Assembly: GCA_041739995.1 (NCBI GenBank)
Contig: JBGSMV010000047.1
Location: 1-64,000 of the forward strand
Direction: 5' to 3'
Length of the DNA: 64,000 nt
DNA from: Bdellovibrionota bacterium
GTDB lineage: Bacteria; Bdellovibrionota_C; UBA2361; JBGSMV01
In this document: in pieces, positions 48,247 to 58,590 of the stretch
How the letters are laid out: every line of letters begins with the position of its first letter
Position numbering within the stretch: the first letter of the stretch is position 1
The notes under the pieces: model-generated
Told to the model about the DNA's origin: nothing
Seen by the model: the letters and a program-made list of their open reading frames with translations, nothing else
Databases searched by the model: none
Translations under genes and position numbers: made by a program

Positions 48247-49434
48247 GTGGCCACATATATGTATACATTCCCGCATGTTCGTTCTGTCCTAGCTTTAGCG
48301 TCTCTGCTCTTCTGCTTGGGTGGATGTTCCAGTAGCTCTTCTCCGGGCGATGGTTCAGCGTCGCCGGCTCTTAATGAACAGCAAATTTCCGCCCAAACTG
48401 GTTCGGGCGGTTTTGTGCAATTTAGCTTTTCGCTTCCACCAGGCAGCGCATCTCTACAGATTGTGGCGGTAAGTCCTTCAAGTGTTCTAGTGCCTCGCTC
48501 CCTACAGAACTCCGCTTCGGTCGAACTACTACCACTCACCACTCAAACAACCGACCAAGCAAGAGAAAACAGCTTGAGCCCTTCAACTCTCAATGCGCCT
48601 TTTTTAGGCGATAGTATTTCGGAAGGAACGTTTACAGTTCAGTATCAACTGAGCTCGAATGCTTCTGGCGTTACTTGCAATTTTTCGATTCTCAGTAAGT
48701 CAGACACAGATTTGGGAAGTGGTACGGTTAGGCTAAATCTTGTGAACGTGGGCCCCGTAGCGAACTCCAACAGTCTTCGCAGCGATTTAGACGCTGTCTT
48801 GGATATAGCAAAAGTAATTTTTGATCGTGCCGGCATCTCCATTGATCCGGTTTGGTACGACTTCGACGGTCCCGAACTGCTTCCCGATCCAAGAAATGGC
48901 GACCCGCTATATCAGGCAATCAGTGCAGCTGTTCGCCCCCATTCGGTCAACATGGTGTTCGGTTCTCGAGTATTGGGCCTGAGATCTGACGATCGTTATG
49001 CCGTGGCTGGGGCGGCGCCAGGTCCAAGCACCACCTCTTCAAGGAGTGCGGTGGTAATGGATCTTATCGAGGTGACTGGAGGAGACGGAGAATTTCAAAC
49101 GGACGACAACGAGGACGACCGCCCCTCATCACATAATGATGAGTATAGGCTCGCTGCCGAAGAGCTAGTAAGAACCGTCTCCAACTATCTAGGGCTTGAA
49201 GATATCGTTTCGTTCTCGGGTAACCGCGTAGTCGATTCGGATGCGCTCTCCGACACCGATTCTTGCCTCACCGAGGAAGCCTGCGAGGAGAAAAAGGACA
49301 CCAGCAATAACGCGATGATGCCTAGACCGCTGCGACAACGCGACAGAGAGTCATCAGGTCGTGGCTTCCATCCACGTCAGTTTTTCACCGATCAACAAAG
49401 TGCCGTGCTAAACAACCACGTGCTGGTCGATTAA
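48247..49434 (+). CDS. Lipoprotein with a degenerate metzincin-like C-terminal domain
   Basis: LGGC lipobox; LAAEELVRTVSNYLGL in place of HExxHxxGxxH; D.LSDT..C and NAMMP Met-turn-like segment. Start may be ATG 48259. Confidence 0.6.
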   Translation: MATYMYTFPHVRSVLALASLLFCLGGCSSSSSPGDGSASPALNEQQISAQTGSGGFVQFSFSLPPGSASLQIVAVSPSSVLVPRSLQNSASVELLPLTTQTTDQARENSLSPSTLNAPFLGDSISEGTFTVQYQLSSNASGVTCNFSILSKSDTDLGSGTVRLNLVNVGPVANSNSLRSDLDAVLDIAKVIFDRAGISIDPVWYDFDGPELLPDPRNGDPLYQAISAAVRPHSVNMVFGSRVLGLRSDDRYAVAGAAPGPSTTSSRSAVVMDLIEVTGGDGEFQTDDNEDDRPSSHNDEYRLAAEELVRTVSNYLGLEDIVSFSGNRVVDSDALSDTDSCLTEEACEEKKDTSNNAMMPRPLRQRDRESSGRGFHPRQFFTDQQSAVLNNHVLVD

Positions 49435-49560
49435 CTCACTGTCCTTATTGAATTATTTTCAATATTGGTGCGTCCCCCCCTGGCGCAAGAAGCTTCTATT
49501 GGGGAATATGCCCTTCGCATTGTAGTGTTACACTTGCACTAGATAGAGGGGTTTTCTGAT

Positions 49561-50145
49561 ATGGGATCAACTGGGCAGGGGCTTAAGCAAGGACCAAGAA
49601 TCGACGACTCTGGTTTCGTCCTCACTACACTAGAAAGTGCCCTCGGCTGGGCGAGAAAGTATTCCCTGTTCTCTTACCCGTTCGTCACCGCTTGCTGCGG
49701 GATGGAATTCATGGCGGTTAGTTGCTCGCACTACGACACGGACAGGTTCGGCGCCGCTCTTCCGCGCTTCACACCGAGACAATCTGATTTGCTTTGGGTA
49801 GTGGGCACTATCAACCACAAGCTCGCCCCGGTTCTGCTTCGCGTCTACGAGCAGATGGCTGAGCCTAAGTGGGTTATTGCCTTCGGTGCTTGTGCTTCAT
49901 CGGGCGGCTTCTACGATAACTACACGACCGTGGCCGGCATCGATAAAATTATCCCGGTTGATATGTACATCCCTGGGTGTCCTCCAAGACCAGAAACTAT
50001 CATCGACTCCCTCTTGCATTTGCAACGCAACATTCAGCGCTCGCGTCAGCCGATAACTCACGACCATGGTGGCAAACAACAGCATCCTGAACTTGCGCCG
50101 CTACTCGGAGATGAAATTGATACAGGGCTCGGACGCCCATCCTAA
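49561..50145 (+). CDS. nuoB: NADH-quinone oxidoreductase subunit B
   Basis: TACCGMEFM, PRQSD, YEQMAEPKWVIAFGACASSGG, YIPGCPPRPE. Confidence 0.93.
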   Translation: MGSTGQGLKQGPRIDDSGFVLTTLESALGWARKYSLFSYPFVTACCGMEFMAVSCSHYDTDRFGAALPRFTPRQSDLLWVVGTINHKLAPVLLRVYEQMAEPKWVIAFGACASSGGFYDNYTTVAGIDKIIPVDMYIPGCPPRPETIIDSLLHLQRNIQRSRQPITHDHGGKQQHPELAPLLGDEIDTGLGRPS

Positions 50146-50175
50146 GACTGGCACCTGGCAGATTTGCAAACCAGG

Positions 50176-52158
50176 TTAGGCAACTTCAGAGTAACGCTCT
50201 GTCCTGCTACTCTTAGAGCTCCTTGAGGCCCCTTCTCTAAATTGGTGAATCGAGTCTTTGAGAGCACCTTCGAGACTTTCAAGCTCTACTGGCTTCATGA
50301 TGAACGCTGCTGCACCTTGAGCAAGAAACCGCGCACCATCACTGTCGCCCGTAAGCACAATGACCGGGAGCGCTCGCTGACTGACTGCCCCGCTCTCCAA
50401 GAGCGCCTCAACACCCCCAAACGGCATGTGCGCATCCGACACTATCGCTTCCACCTCGAAGGCATCGAGGCACTGCAACGCCTGAGCAACTGAATACGCG
50501 CGGACTGCTTCAATCCCACGAGTAGAGAGCGCTCTCGCAAGAGTGTCGACCGAGTCTCGATCATCATCAACCAATAACACTCGCAGCCGCTCAGTCGCGG
50601 CTTGCGGCCTTTCAGCTTGCAGCCCTCGATGAGCAGGGAAGCTCACCGTAAATTCAGAATATTGCCCTGCCTCAGAACGAACAGAAATCTGACCATCGTT
50701 TAGTTCAACCAAGGAGCGCGTTAAGGTAAGCCCCAGTCCAATTCCCTCAGCAAGTTCAGGCTGGAAACGAGTAAACGGTGTAAAGAGCTGCGCGATCTGC
50801 CCCTGCGTCATCCCCGCGCCGGTATCCGACACTACAATCTTCAGTTCCTGAGTGTTCCCATCAGCACTTACGCAAGATTTGAGCTCGAGTCCCACTCGTC
50901 CGGACTCTGTATATTTAAAGGCATTGCTCAATAGGTTGGTGACAATTCGTCTCACATGAACACGATCAGCTAAGACGAACACTTCTCCCTCAGGAATAGA
51001 GACGTCGAAGCGAAGCTTCTTCAGAGAAGCCGCGATCTTAAAGCTCTCCGCCAGGGTGCTTAAGATATCTTGTAAGGCCACAACTTCTAAGCGTTTCGTA
51101 ATAGTGCCAGTTTGCACACGAGAGAAGTCAATCAGGCTGCCCACCATCTCATCAAGCCCGTCGCAGTTGCGCATTGCCACATCAAGCAACTCAGGAAAGT
51201 CGCTCGCCTCTCCTTCAAGCTTAAGCACACTAAGAATCGCTTTTAGATTGCTGAGGGGCGAACGTATGTCATGAGAGATTTCGGTAATAAGTTTACTACT
51301 AGACTTTGAATGCGCCTCAGCCGAGACCACTCTTTCAGAGAGCACTTTCCTTTCACGAAAGAGCTGAAGCGCCTGTTCAAGTTCATGCGCCACTTGTGTA
51401 ATTCGCTCGCGCTCCAGATCTGTCGGAAAGCGGTCAGGCGGATAGCCCAACCACAACATTCCCATATCTCCTTGAACCGTAAAGGTGGCTGAGATCCCAA
51501 ATCGATAGCCAAACAACGCGAGAGCCTCTGACTCCACCATCTCAGAACGCACTAAGGCTGCACCAAACAAAGATTGGCATGCTTGGCGAAATCGGCTGCC
51601 TTGATTCCCCACCACACAGACGCTTGGTCCCAGAGTGACCACCGCACATGAATTTCTAAACCTACCTTTTAGAGCAATTAGGAAGTCTCGCGTTAAGGTT
51701 TCCTCATCTGAACACTGCTGCTCCGGAACTAATGACGTCTTGTGCTCATTAGAAAGTGCCACCGTCGCCAAACGATCGCTGCGCCTCTTAAGGTCCGCCG
51801 CTGCCGACTCTAGTTCCCAATCCTTAATGTTGAGACGACTGCGTAGCGCACCAATAGACGCGAAGAGAGACTTTCCAGTCGAGGATAAGTACTGTTCCGT
51901 TCCTGAACGAATATTGGTTTCGGCCCCAGAGAATGAACGCCAAGGAATGCCCCACACACGAGCAGCGCGCCTCAATCGTAGCCCGTCGTCTCCTATCAGC
52001 ACTCTGGCGGCACGCGCTGCTTGCCACAGGTCAATCCAGATCACGATAGAAGCACCGGCGAGAACTCCTCCTGAGCAGAACACCACGAACGGAAGCTCAT
52101 GGTAAGCGCCCAGGCAAAGCAGCGTAAAGGCCCCTATAATAATTACGAAAAGTCCCAT
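50176..52158 (-). CDS. Membrane hybrid sensor histidine kinase/receiver
   Basis: Two N-terminal TMs, SHDIRSPL H-box, NLLSNAFKY, DTGAGM, GIGLGL, C-terminal receiver (LVDDD, SDAHMP, KP). Confidence 0.9.
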   Translation of the reverse strand: MGLFVIIIGAFTLLCLGAYHELPFVVFCSGGVLAGASIVIWIDLWQAARAARVLIGDDGLRLRRAARVWGIPWRSFSGAETNIRSGTEQYLSSTGKSLFASIGALRSRLNIKDWELESAAADLKRRSDRLATVALSNEHKTSLVPEQQCSDEETLTRDFLIALKGRFRNSCAVVTLGPSVCVVGNQGSRFRQACQSLFGAALVRSEMVESEALALFGYRFGISATFTVQGDMGMLWLGYPPDRFPTDLERERITQVAHELEQALQLFRERKVLSERVVSAEAHSKSSSKLITEISHDIRSPLSNLKAILSVLKLEGEASDFPELLDVAMRNCDGLDEMVGSLIDFSRVQTGTITKRLEVVALQDILSTLAESFKIAASLKKLRFDVSIPEGEVFVLADRVHVRRIVTNLLSNAFKYTESGRVGLELKSCVSADGNTQELKIVVSDTGAGMTQGQIAQLFTPFTRFQPELAEGIGLGLTLTRSLVELNDGQISVRSEAGQYSEFTVSFPAHRGLQAERPQAATERLRVLLVDDDRDSVDTLARALSTRGIEAVRAYSVAQALQCLDAFEVEAIVSDAHMPFGGVEALLESGAVSQRALPVIVLTGDSDGARFLAQGAAAFIMKPVELESLEGALKDSIHQFREGASRSSKSSRTERYSEVA

Positions 52159-52207
52159 ATCTGGCTCAAAAACTTTACTTTCGCTTTGTTACCTCTAAGG
52201 CAACGAC

Positions 52208-53095
52208 TCAAACTGATAGCTCCATGCCAGCAAGACGTTGCGCATGCAGACAAATCAATCTTGGATCCACCGACTTTAACAACAATAGGCTGGCTCCCGA
52301 CCGAAGTGCTCGCAACTCAAGTTCGATATCAGCATCTGACGTTAGCATCAGTATCGGAATATTTTTCAGGGCGGGAATCGCTCGAAGCTTACCGAGGAAC
52401 TCAACCCCATTCATCTTCGGCATGTGAACATCACTGATTATCAACTCAATGGATTCGCCCTGTGAGGCTAGATGCTTCCATGCAGCCTCACCGTTTGAGA
52501 CATGTATCGGCTCGAATCCATGTCGAACGAGAAATCGCGAAACGACGGAAGCAAAGGTTTGATTATCTTCAACCAAAAGAACTCTGGAGCGTTTGGTACT
52601 TTCATTGTGGGCGTGGAAAGATACTTGGTCAGGCGCTCTTTCAGCACAAACAGGAAGCGCAAAAGAAGCTGCGCTGCTCACTGTTTCGCTACTCACTGGC
52701 TCACTACTCACCGCTTGCGCTGGCGCACTGATCTTAAGCTCGATACTCAAGCTACTCGCTCGTGCCACCAGAACACCCATTGACTTCCAGTCATTAGTGG
52801 AACGAACAAAATGACAGGCGGGGGACAGTGCCTCCCATGCACGCGCGCTGATACTACCAATTGCTGGCGCTCCGCTACGAGTTTGAAAGCGGTACTCTCC
52901 TTTTCTCTTTGAGCGGTTTACCAACTCAAGAGTTCTGGTCTCTCCTGAACGAGACAGGATCACTGAGCAAACACCTTCATGAAATAAGCCATGCTCAACT
53001 GCCTCTTCTCGAATGACCTCAATGACGCGCGTCACCAGTGGATCAGACGCGAGTGCGTTAATCTGCGGTGATTCTTGTCCCGTTTCGCTGCTCAT
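52208..53095 (-). CDS. Response regulator (C-terminal receiver, unknown N-terminal domain)
   Basis: LLVEDN, SDVHMPKMNG, MLTS; start overlaps the stop of the TadE-like gene. Confidence 0.8.
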   Translation of the reverse strand: MSSETGQESPQINALASDPLVTRVIEVIREEAVEHGLFHEGVCSVILSRSGETRTLELVNRSKRKGEYRFQTRSGAPAIGSISARAWEALSPACHFVRSTNDWKSMGVLVARASSLSIELKISAPAQAVSSEPVSSETVSSAASFALPVCAERAPDQVSFHAHNESTKRSRVLLVEDNQTFASVVSRFLVRHGFEPIHVSNGEAAWKHLASQGESIELIISDVHMPKMNGVEFLGKLRAIPALKNIPILMLTSDADIELELRALRSGASLLLLKSVDPRLICLHAQRLAGMELSV

Positions 53096-53784
53096 ACGCC
53101 TCCAAACTCCCCTCGAAGCGGTATAACCTTCCAGTCAAAGACCATATCGTGGTCCACCAATCCGAGTGTCGAGAGCGCCCCAGCGGTCGGGGAATTTTCA
53201 AGCGAGACAAACACCCTAATTCCAAGCAGGACCGCGAGCGGTATGTAGGCCTCTTCGGCGCCAGGAGCGCCCGGAAGCGGAAATGCGTACATGCTTGATG
53301 AGCCAGGCTGCCCCGCCAATCGCTCAAACTCTTTCTGAAGTGAAGTCTTCTGGTTTAACTCTGCCGATATCGGAAGGTCGCCTCTTCTAAACGACAAAGA
53401 TGGCCTGACTAAAACTCTTTGCACCGCCCCGTCTCTAGGTGACAAATCTAAGACCGCAACTTCGACCTCGATACGATACTCTCTGGCAGAGGCTGAAGTT
53501 GTTTCCTCAAGCTGAATTCGGGCTCGATCAATTAGTCTTTCAACCCCCGACCTCAAAGCAGATTCATTCACCTCGATTGACCCATCATCACGCAGCACTA
53601 GCGATGTCAGCGCATGGTCATAGCTCGCAAGGTCCGCAACCCTACTCACCTGGTAGCTAGACAGCAGAAGGTCTCCCACTCCAACCGCACCAATCAAGAC
53701 ACTGAGTGAAATGAGCAGCACGACGGCCAGCTCAAACATGCTTGTTCCGGCAGAGGCTCTGCTATGAAATCTGACGGACGTCAT
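53092..53784 (-). CDS. TadE/TadF-like pseudopilin
   Basis: G-TSMFELAVVL prepilin-like cleavage site plus TM; Tad context. Confidence 0.65.
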   Translation of the reverse strand: MTSVRFHSRASAGTSMFELAVVLLISLSVLIGAVGVGDLLLSSYQVSRVADLASYDHALTSLVLRDDGSIEVNESALRSGVERLIDRARIQLEETTSASAREYRIEVEVAVLDLSPRDGAVQRVLVRPSLSFRRGDLPISAELNQKTSLQKEFERLAGQPGSSSMYAFPLPGAPGAEEAYIPLAVLLGIRVFVSLENSPTAGALSTLGLVDHDMVFDWKVIPLRGEFGGV

Positions 53785-55277
53785 TTTGCAAGCACCGCCT
53801 GTCGTCCACTCAAAGCAATCGCGCTGCTCACTTTACGAAGCGCCTCTTCGGGCGACTCAACAAACATGGCGCGTAAGCTTAAATTCGGCAGCGCTCCCCC
53901 AGTGAGGACTCCTTGCGATACCTCAAAAAAGAGTTGCTCCAGCTCTGACTTCTGCGCCAGAACACCGGCACGAAATATCTCATCAAGCAGCACCACATAA
54001 AAAAGTTGAACTCTGCGCGTAGGGTTGCTGAGCGCGAGAGCGCGGTAGCCCATCAATGCTTCCCGAAGTTGATCGGAGACTCTCGAGTCGTCACCAAATT
54101 TTCTAAACTCTGCATTCACGACAGCCCAAGGAAGATCGGGGGAGAACACCACCGCAATATGATCGGTATGGTTCGAGAGTCCGCCTCTTCCATTCTGAAC
54201 TAAAGGAGTGATGCGCGATTTTAATTCATGCAGCACGATATCGATTTGAGGTGGATCAGTATGGGCGACTGCGGACCAGAGCGCTTCAGATGCCCGTAGT
54301 TGCCCGAGGTATGACGGATTGAGTCGGGCATCTGAAGTCACCACAAGACCCGCTTCACCGGGCGGATTGAAGTGGGAGGGGATGCCTGAGAGGCCTGCAG
54401 GAAAGCCAAACTCCTCAAGAGCTACTCTTTCAAACTGTGCAGCTGCCGCACACCACTCTGCATCGCCCAGCGTGCGGTGATACTCAGGAAAGATTCCTTC
54501 GGCTTCACCCGCGCCCACAATATCTTGAACAATCCCGGGTCTGCGCACATCACGAATCGCGAACTGAGAAGGGAACACTCCCATTCCCACACTGTTCAAT
54601 CGAGAGCCAGCTAAATAGTCGTGTAAACCCAGCGCCGTTCGCTTCAATGTCGAGAACACTCTGTTGAAGCACTGTGAGGTTAGATATCTGGAATCATTGG
54701 GTATTTCTGGGTAAATGGCCGGAAAGTCATAAGAGAAAAAGGTCGAATGCAGGCCGCTCTGAAGAAATAGATCTGTTTCGGCAGGAACTCTAGGGGCAAC
54801 GTTTCTAGAAATGTCTACCGCAATGTAGGCGTCAATCGGATCAACTCGAGCCGTTGAAAACGCCGTAAACGGAACTGCCACTCCAGGAAGAAAAAACTGG
54901 GCGAAGGTAAGTGGGGTCGAGCTCGCTAATTCTAAAGTTACCAAATCACTATCAATTCGAATATTTGCGGCTTCAGTCAACTCTCCAAACCGAGAGAGAT
55001 ACATTTGCGCAGCATTACGCGCCCGTGTCACATCAGGAAGCAATCGAGCTGCGTGCAACACTGCTTCATCCACCGCAAGCTGGGCTCGCTGTTGCTCTCT
55101 ATAATAACTGCTTAGGTCCAAAAACAGAGAGAACAGCAAAAAAAACAACGGCACAAAGAGCGCACCGAACATAATCGCCGTGCTACCACTCTCTCGAGCT
55201 CTTCGGGTGCGCGCCTTCAAGCACAGCGCCACTCGCTCCTCATTTGGCTCCTCGAATGTAAAACTACCGACTCTCAT
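53781..55277 (-). CDS. tadG: TadG-like pilus protein with vWA-like domain
   Basis: ESGSTAIMF..TM..D, QLAVDEAVL.AA, YIAVDIS. Confidence 0.7.
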   Translation of the reverse strand: MRVGSFTFEEPNEERVALCLKARTRRARESGSTAIMFGALFVPLFFLLFSLFLDLSSYYREQQRAQLAVDEAVLHAARLLPDVTRARNAAQMYLSRFGELTEAANIRIDSDLVTLELASSTPLTFAQFFLPGVAVPFTAFSTARVDPIDAYIAVDISRNVAPRVPAETDLFLQSGLHSTFFSYDFPAIYPEIPNDSRYLTSQCFNRVFSTLKRTALGLHDYLAGSRLNSVGMGVFPSQFAIRDVRRPGIVQDIVGAGEAEGIFPEYHRTLGDAEWCAAAAQFERVALEEFGFPAGLSGIPSHFNPPGEAGLVVTSDARLNPSYLGQLRASEALWSAVAHTDPPQIDIVLHELKSRITPLVQNGRGGLSNHTDHIAVVFSPDLPWAVVNAEFRKFGDDSRVSDQLREALMGYRALALSNPTRRVQLFYVVLLDEIFRAGVLAQKSELEQLFFEVSQGVLTGGALPNLSLRAMFVESPEEALRKVSSAIALSGRQAVLAK

Positions 55278-55286
55278 TCCAATATC

Positions 55287-56231
55287 CTATTTCGGCATCG
55301 CTTCTGACATCATGCCAAGCACCTGCATTAACGGCGCGGTGATGAAGAACAAAATAAGGCCTGCAAAAGTACTAAGCAGAGGCAGTGTGGCCCGCACTGG
55401 CATGGTTGCTATCTCTTCTTCTACTTGCTCTTGAAAATATAGCTGCGTGGCGTCGCTCAACTCTCGAAGTGGCTTCACCACTTCACCGCCCTCTTGGGTT
55501 GCGACCGAGAGATGCACAAAGGCATGTTTTAATGCTGAGGAATGTACTCCGGCGGCCACATCCTTCAGCGCATCCTCAAATCGCCGGCCACTCTCAACAA
55601 GCGTAACCACTAATTCCAGAAGTTTGGTGACAGGATCTATCCTGCTCGAAACTCGCGAATCTTTGAGCTCCGTGTCACCTACCTCAATCTCAACCACGCG
55701 CTTGATCGCGGGAAATACGTCGATTCCTGCCTCCACCGCCATGACAATTCTCTCCATCACTATCGGCAGAAAAAAATCAATCTCCTTAGTCACTGCTGCG
55801 CTTGCTCGGCGAACCATGGCGCCCTCGATCAAAAGTGCCATTGACGGAACAAGCACCGCCACTGCAACAAGAAAACCCCAAGAGCGCCCCATACCAAAGG
55901 CCAGCAAACACGCAAGCACTACCGCAGCGGACATTCGCACCATCAGTTTTGCTCCAATAATGGACTGAGTGCGGTAGCCAACTAACACATCATCGGCAAG
56001 AGATCGGCTCGCGCCCTTAAGTTCCTTACTACTTGCGCTCCTCACTTCACTGCCCTCTCCATTCGCATCTCCTGCTCGGTCGCCCGATAAGGTGCGTACT
56101 CGGCTATCCTCGTCGGCTCCACGAAGCACGAATGCAGAGCGAACCCCCCAACAAGTCAGGATCACCCCAAGCACCATGCCGATTACAGACATGACCTGAG
56201 CGAGAGATTGTTGGCCCAAAAGAGTTTCCAT
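55287..56231 (-). CDS. tadC: TadC-like T2SSF membrane protein
   Basis: MAVEAG, QEGGEVVKPLR, ATLPL; context. Confidence 0.8.
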   Translation of the reverse strand: METLLGQQSLAQVMSVIGMVLGVILTCWGVRSAFVLRGADEDSRVRTLSGDRAGDANGEGSEVRSASSKELKGASRSLADDVLVGYRTQSIIGAKLMVRMSAAVVLACLLAFGMGRSWGFLVAVAVLVPSMALLIEGAMVRRASAAVTKEIDFFLPIVMERIVMAVEAGIDVFPAIKRVVEIEVGDTELKDSRVSSRIDPVTKLLELVVTLVESGRRFEDALKDVAAGVHSSALKHAFVHLSVATQEGGEVVKPLRELSDATQLYFQEQVEEEIATMPVRATLPLLSTFAGLILFFITAPLMQVLGMMSEAMPK

Positions 56232-56233
56232 AC

Positions 56234-57175
56234 TTAAATTCTCGCGCGAGTCATGCGAAACATTCCTACAAGACCAAGCATCATCAAAATTCCAGCTGCC
56301 ACTAACATTCGAAATCCGAGCGGGTGAGCGGTTGCCATATACAGTGCCTTGTTATTCACCACCGCTTGAAAGAGAACGATCAATAACGCACATCCCGCAA
56401 TTCCGATGGAAGACAGCTTCTGCATGGCAATCGAGGCGCGCATTCTTCTTCTGAATGACTGGCGATTCCTGGTAACTCGCGCGAGGCGATGTAGGCACTT
56501 TGCAAGCGAGGAGCCTTCTTTCCGAGCAAGAAGAAAGGCTGTTCGAAACAGAGGAATGTCTGGGTGGTTTATGGTCTCGCCAAACCGTCGAAGCGCCAAC
56601 TCTTCACCTTGTCCGGCATTTATCGCGTCGACAAACTTGCGTAACTCCTTGCCAAGCTCTGACTCCTGCGAAAACAGCTCAGCAGCTTGTTGCAGCGCCA
56701 CTATCGGATCAAGTCCAGTTCGAATCGAAGACGCGAGTGCGACTAACATTGACGGATAATCGCGCTCAAATCGCTCCGCTCGTCGAAACACTGCGCGACG
56801 TAGCCAACACATAGCGGCGAAGATAACTGCAGGAATGGCCAACAACGGCAGCCCTGTTCTTAACCCCGCAGCGATAAGAATCGAAGTGAGTACGACACAC
56901 AGCACTATCGTGCTTAACGCTTTTAGCTCGACGCGAGATACTTCTGCCTGCGTCGTGAGCCGTAGTAACTCCCGTCTTATCTGATTTTTGACTCCCGTTT
57001 CGGCCGATGAATCAGCCTCTTCAACGCCTCCCGTCGCTCTGCTTCCCATCGATTTGTCCGAGACATTTCGTCCCTCGCCGCGAGACTCTCCTGATAGAGC
57101 GCCGCCCGCATGCCCCATAACGCGGTGAGCCCGGTCACGTTGTGCCTTTTCTCCTACGGCCCAGCTCATCGCCAT
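56234..57175 (-). CDS. tadB: TadB-like T2SSF membrane protein
   Basis: FERDYP, SIRTGL, EGSSLAKCL; context. Confidence 0.8.
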   Translation of the reverse strand: MAMSWAVGEKAQRDRAHRVMGHAGGALSGESRGEGRNVSDKSMGSRATGGVEEADSSAETGVKNQIRRELLRLTTQAEVSRVELKALSTIVLCVVLTSILIAAGLRTGLPLLAIPAVIFAAMCWLRRAVFRRAERFERDYPSMLVALASSIRTGLDPIVALQQAAELFSQESELGKELRKFVDAINAGQGEELALRRFGETINHPDIPLFRTAFLLARKEGSSLAKCLHRLARVTRNRQSFRRRMRASIAMQKLSSIGIAGCALLIVLFQAVVNNKALYMATAHPLGFRMLVAAGILMMLGLVGMFRMTRARI

Positions 57176-57177
57176 AC

Positions 57178-58590
57178 TTATGACCCTCTATACATTGCGC
57201 CGGCAGAGTTCCGCTGACGCAGAGACTCGGCCAGCACGACTTGATCGGGCAGCTCCAGAGAGCTTGGTAGAGAAGAGAGAATTACAGGCTGGTCCAAGAT
57301 CTCAAGCGCTTCGCTGTGTGCGCTCGATTTAGTCACTACACGCCAGGAGGGAACAGAATCGTTTGGTGCGTAGCGAAACATCTCTCGCACTCGCAGCACA
57401 CCATCTGCCACCGGTCCGATCTCGCACACTTCCTGAATTCGCCTCTCTCCGGACATTGCACACACTCCAAGGTGAACCACGACCTGAACCGCCGTGGCGA
57501 TCTGTTCGGTAAGTACCTGTCGTTCTACTCCGCGCTGGGCTCTGCCGAGAAAAAGTTCAAGCCGCACTACCGCTTCTGAAGCACTGCGTGCATGTATCGT
57601 CGAAAGTCCGGGGTGTCCTGACACGCACACATCAATGAACGCTTCAGCAGCTTCTGCGTCTCGCATCTCACCAAAAATGATGCGATTCATAGCCATGCGC
57701 ATCCCTGCCCGAATGCATTCGCTTGGAGAAAGTCTTCCTGCACCATCGGAGTTCGCTTCACGTGTGGTGACATAACGAACATGCGGATGTTCAAGACGGA
57801 TTTCCGGAGTGTCTTCGATTACCAATATTGATTCCTCAGCGGGAATACTTCCAGCCAGACCGCGCGCCAATGTCGTTTTGCCTGTGCCTACTTCTCCGAC
57901 AATCAGAAGGGTTCGTCCGGCGCACACCATGCCTCGCAGATAGCCAAGCACCGCATGCGGCGCGAGCCCACGCTCCAGCAAGTCTTCCAAAGAAACTCTA
58001 GCAAATCGATTCAAGCGAATGGTGAGATAGGGGCCACCTTCACAAACCGAATCGTGCACTGCGTGCACTCGGGCGAAGGAACCTATCATGCCGTCGGCAA
58101 TTGGCTTTCTTGTGGAATAAGTCGTCTCAGCACGATAGAGCAGTCGCTCGACGAACGCTTGGTAGGCCTCGGGGCTTGGAAACTTAAGACTAGTCGCTAC
58201 ATTGTTTCTGCCCTGCTGCACGCAAATCCGTCTGTGGCCGGACACAATGATGTCCGAAACAGTCGGGTCATCGACAAGTTGCTGAAGAATTCCAAAAGGC
58301 TTCTGGTCGCGCTCAAGCAATGAAATGACTTGATCTCGCTCAAAACTTGAGAGATCAAAACCAAGACGCTGAGCAACTTCTTGAACTTTCCACTCTAGTT
58401 CCTGAGGACTAAAAGGCGCTTCACTGTCGCTTTGTGCCCGGCTGAGTCCAAGCTCGCGCTGCACTTCTTCTAATATATATGTCAGTGCCGGAGATAATTG
58501 GGATTGGGCCGATTTTTCCATAGCCCCCTGCCCCGCAGGAAGCAGTCGAAGGGCGCCCGCGGATTCTGGTTGGGGGAGAAGCTTTCTCAT
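57178..58590 (-). CDS. tadA: Tad pilus assembly ATPase CpaF/TadA
   Basis: DPTVSDI, GEVGTGKTT, IEDTPE, RIIFGEMR, GHPGLSTIHA. Confidence 0.92.
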   Translation of the reverse strand: MRKLLPQPESAGALRLLPAGQGAMEKSAQSQLSPALTYILEEVQRELGLSRAQSDSEAPFSPQELEWKVQEVAQRLGFDLSSFERDQVISLLERDQKPFGILQQLVDDPTVSDIIVSGHRRICVQQGRNNVATSLKFPSPEAYQAFVERLLYRAETTYSTRKPIADGMIGSFARVHAVHDSVCEGGPYLTIRLNRFARVSLEDLLERGLAPHAVLGYLRGMVCAGRTLLIVGEVGTGKTTLARGLAGSIPAEESILVIEDTPEIRLEHPHVRYVTTREANSDGAGRLSPSECIRAGMRMAMNRIIFGEMRDAEAAEAFIDVCVSGHPGLSTIHARSASEAVVRLELFLGRAQRGVERQVLTEQIATAVQVVVHLGVCAMSGERRIQEVCEIGPVADGVLRVREMFRYAPNDSVPSWRVVTKSSAHSEALEILDQPVILSSLPSSLELPDQVVLAESLRQRNSAGAMYRGS

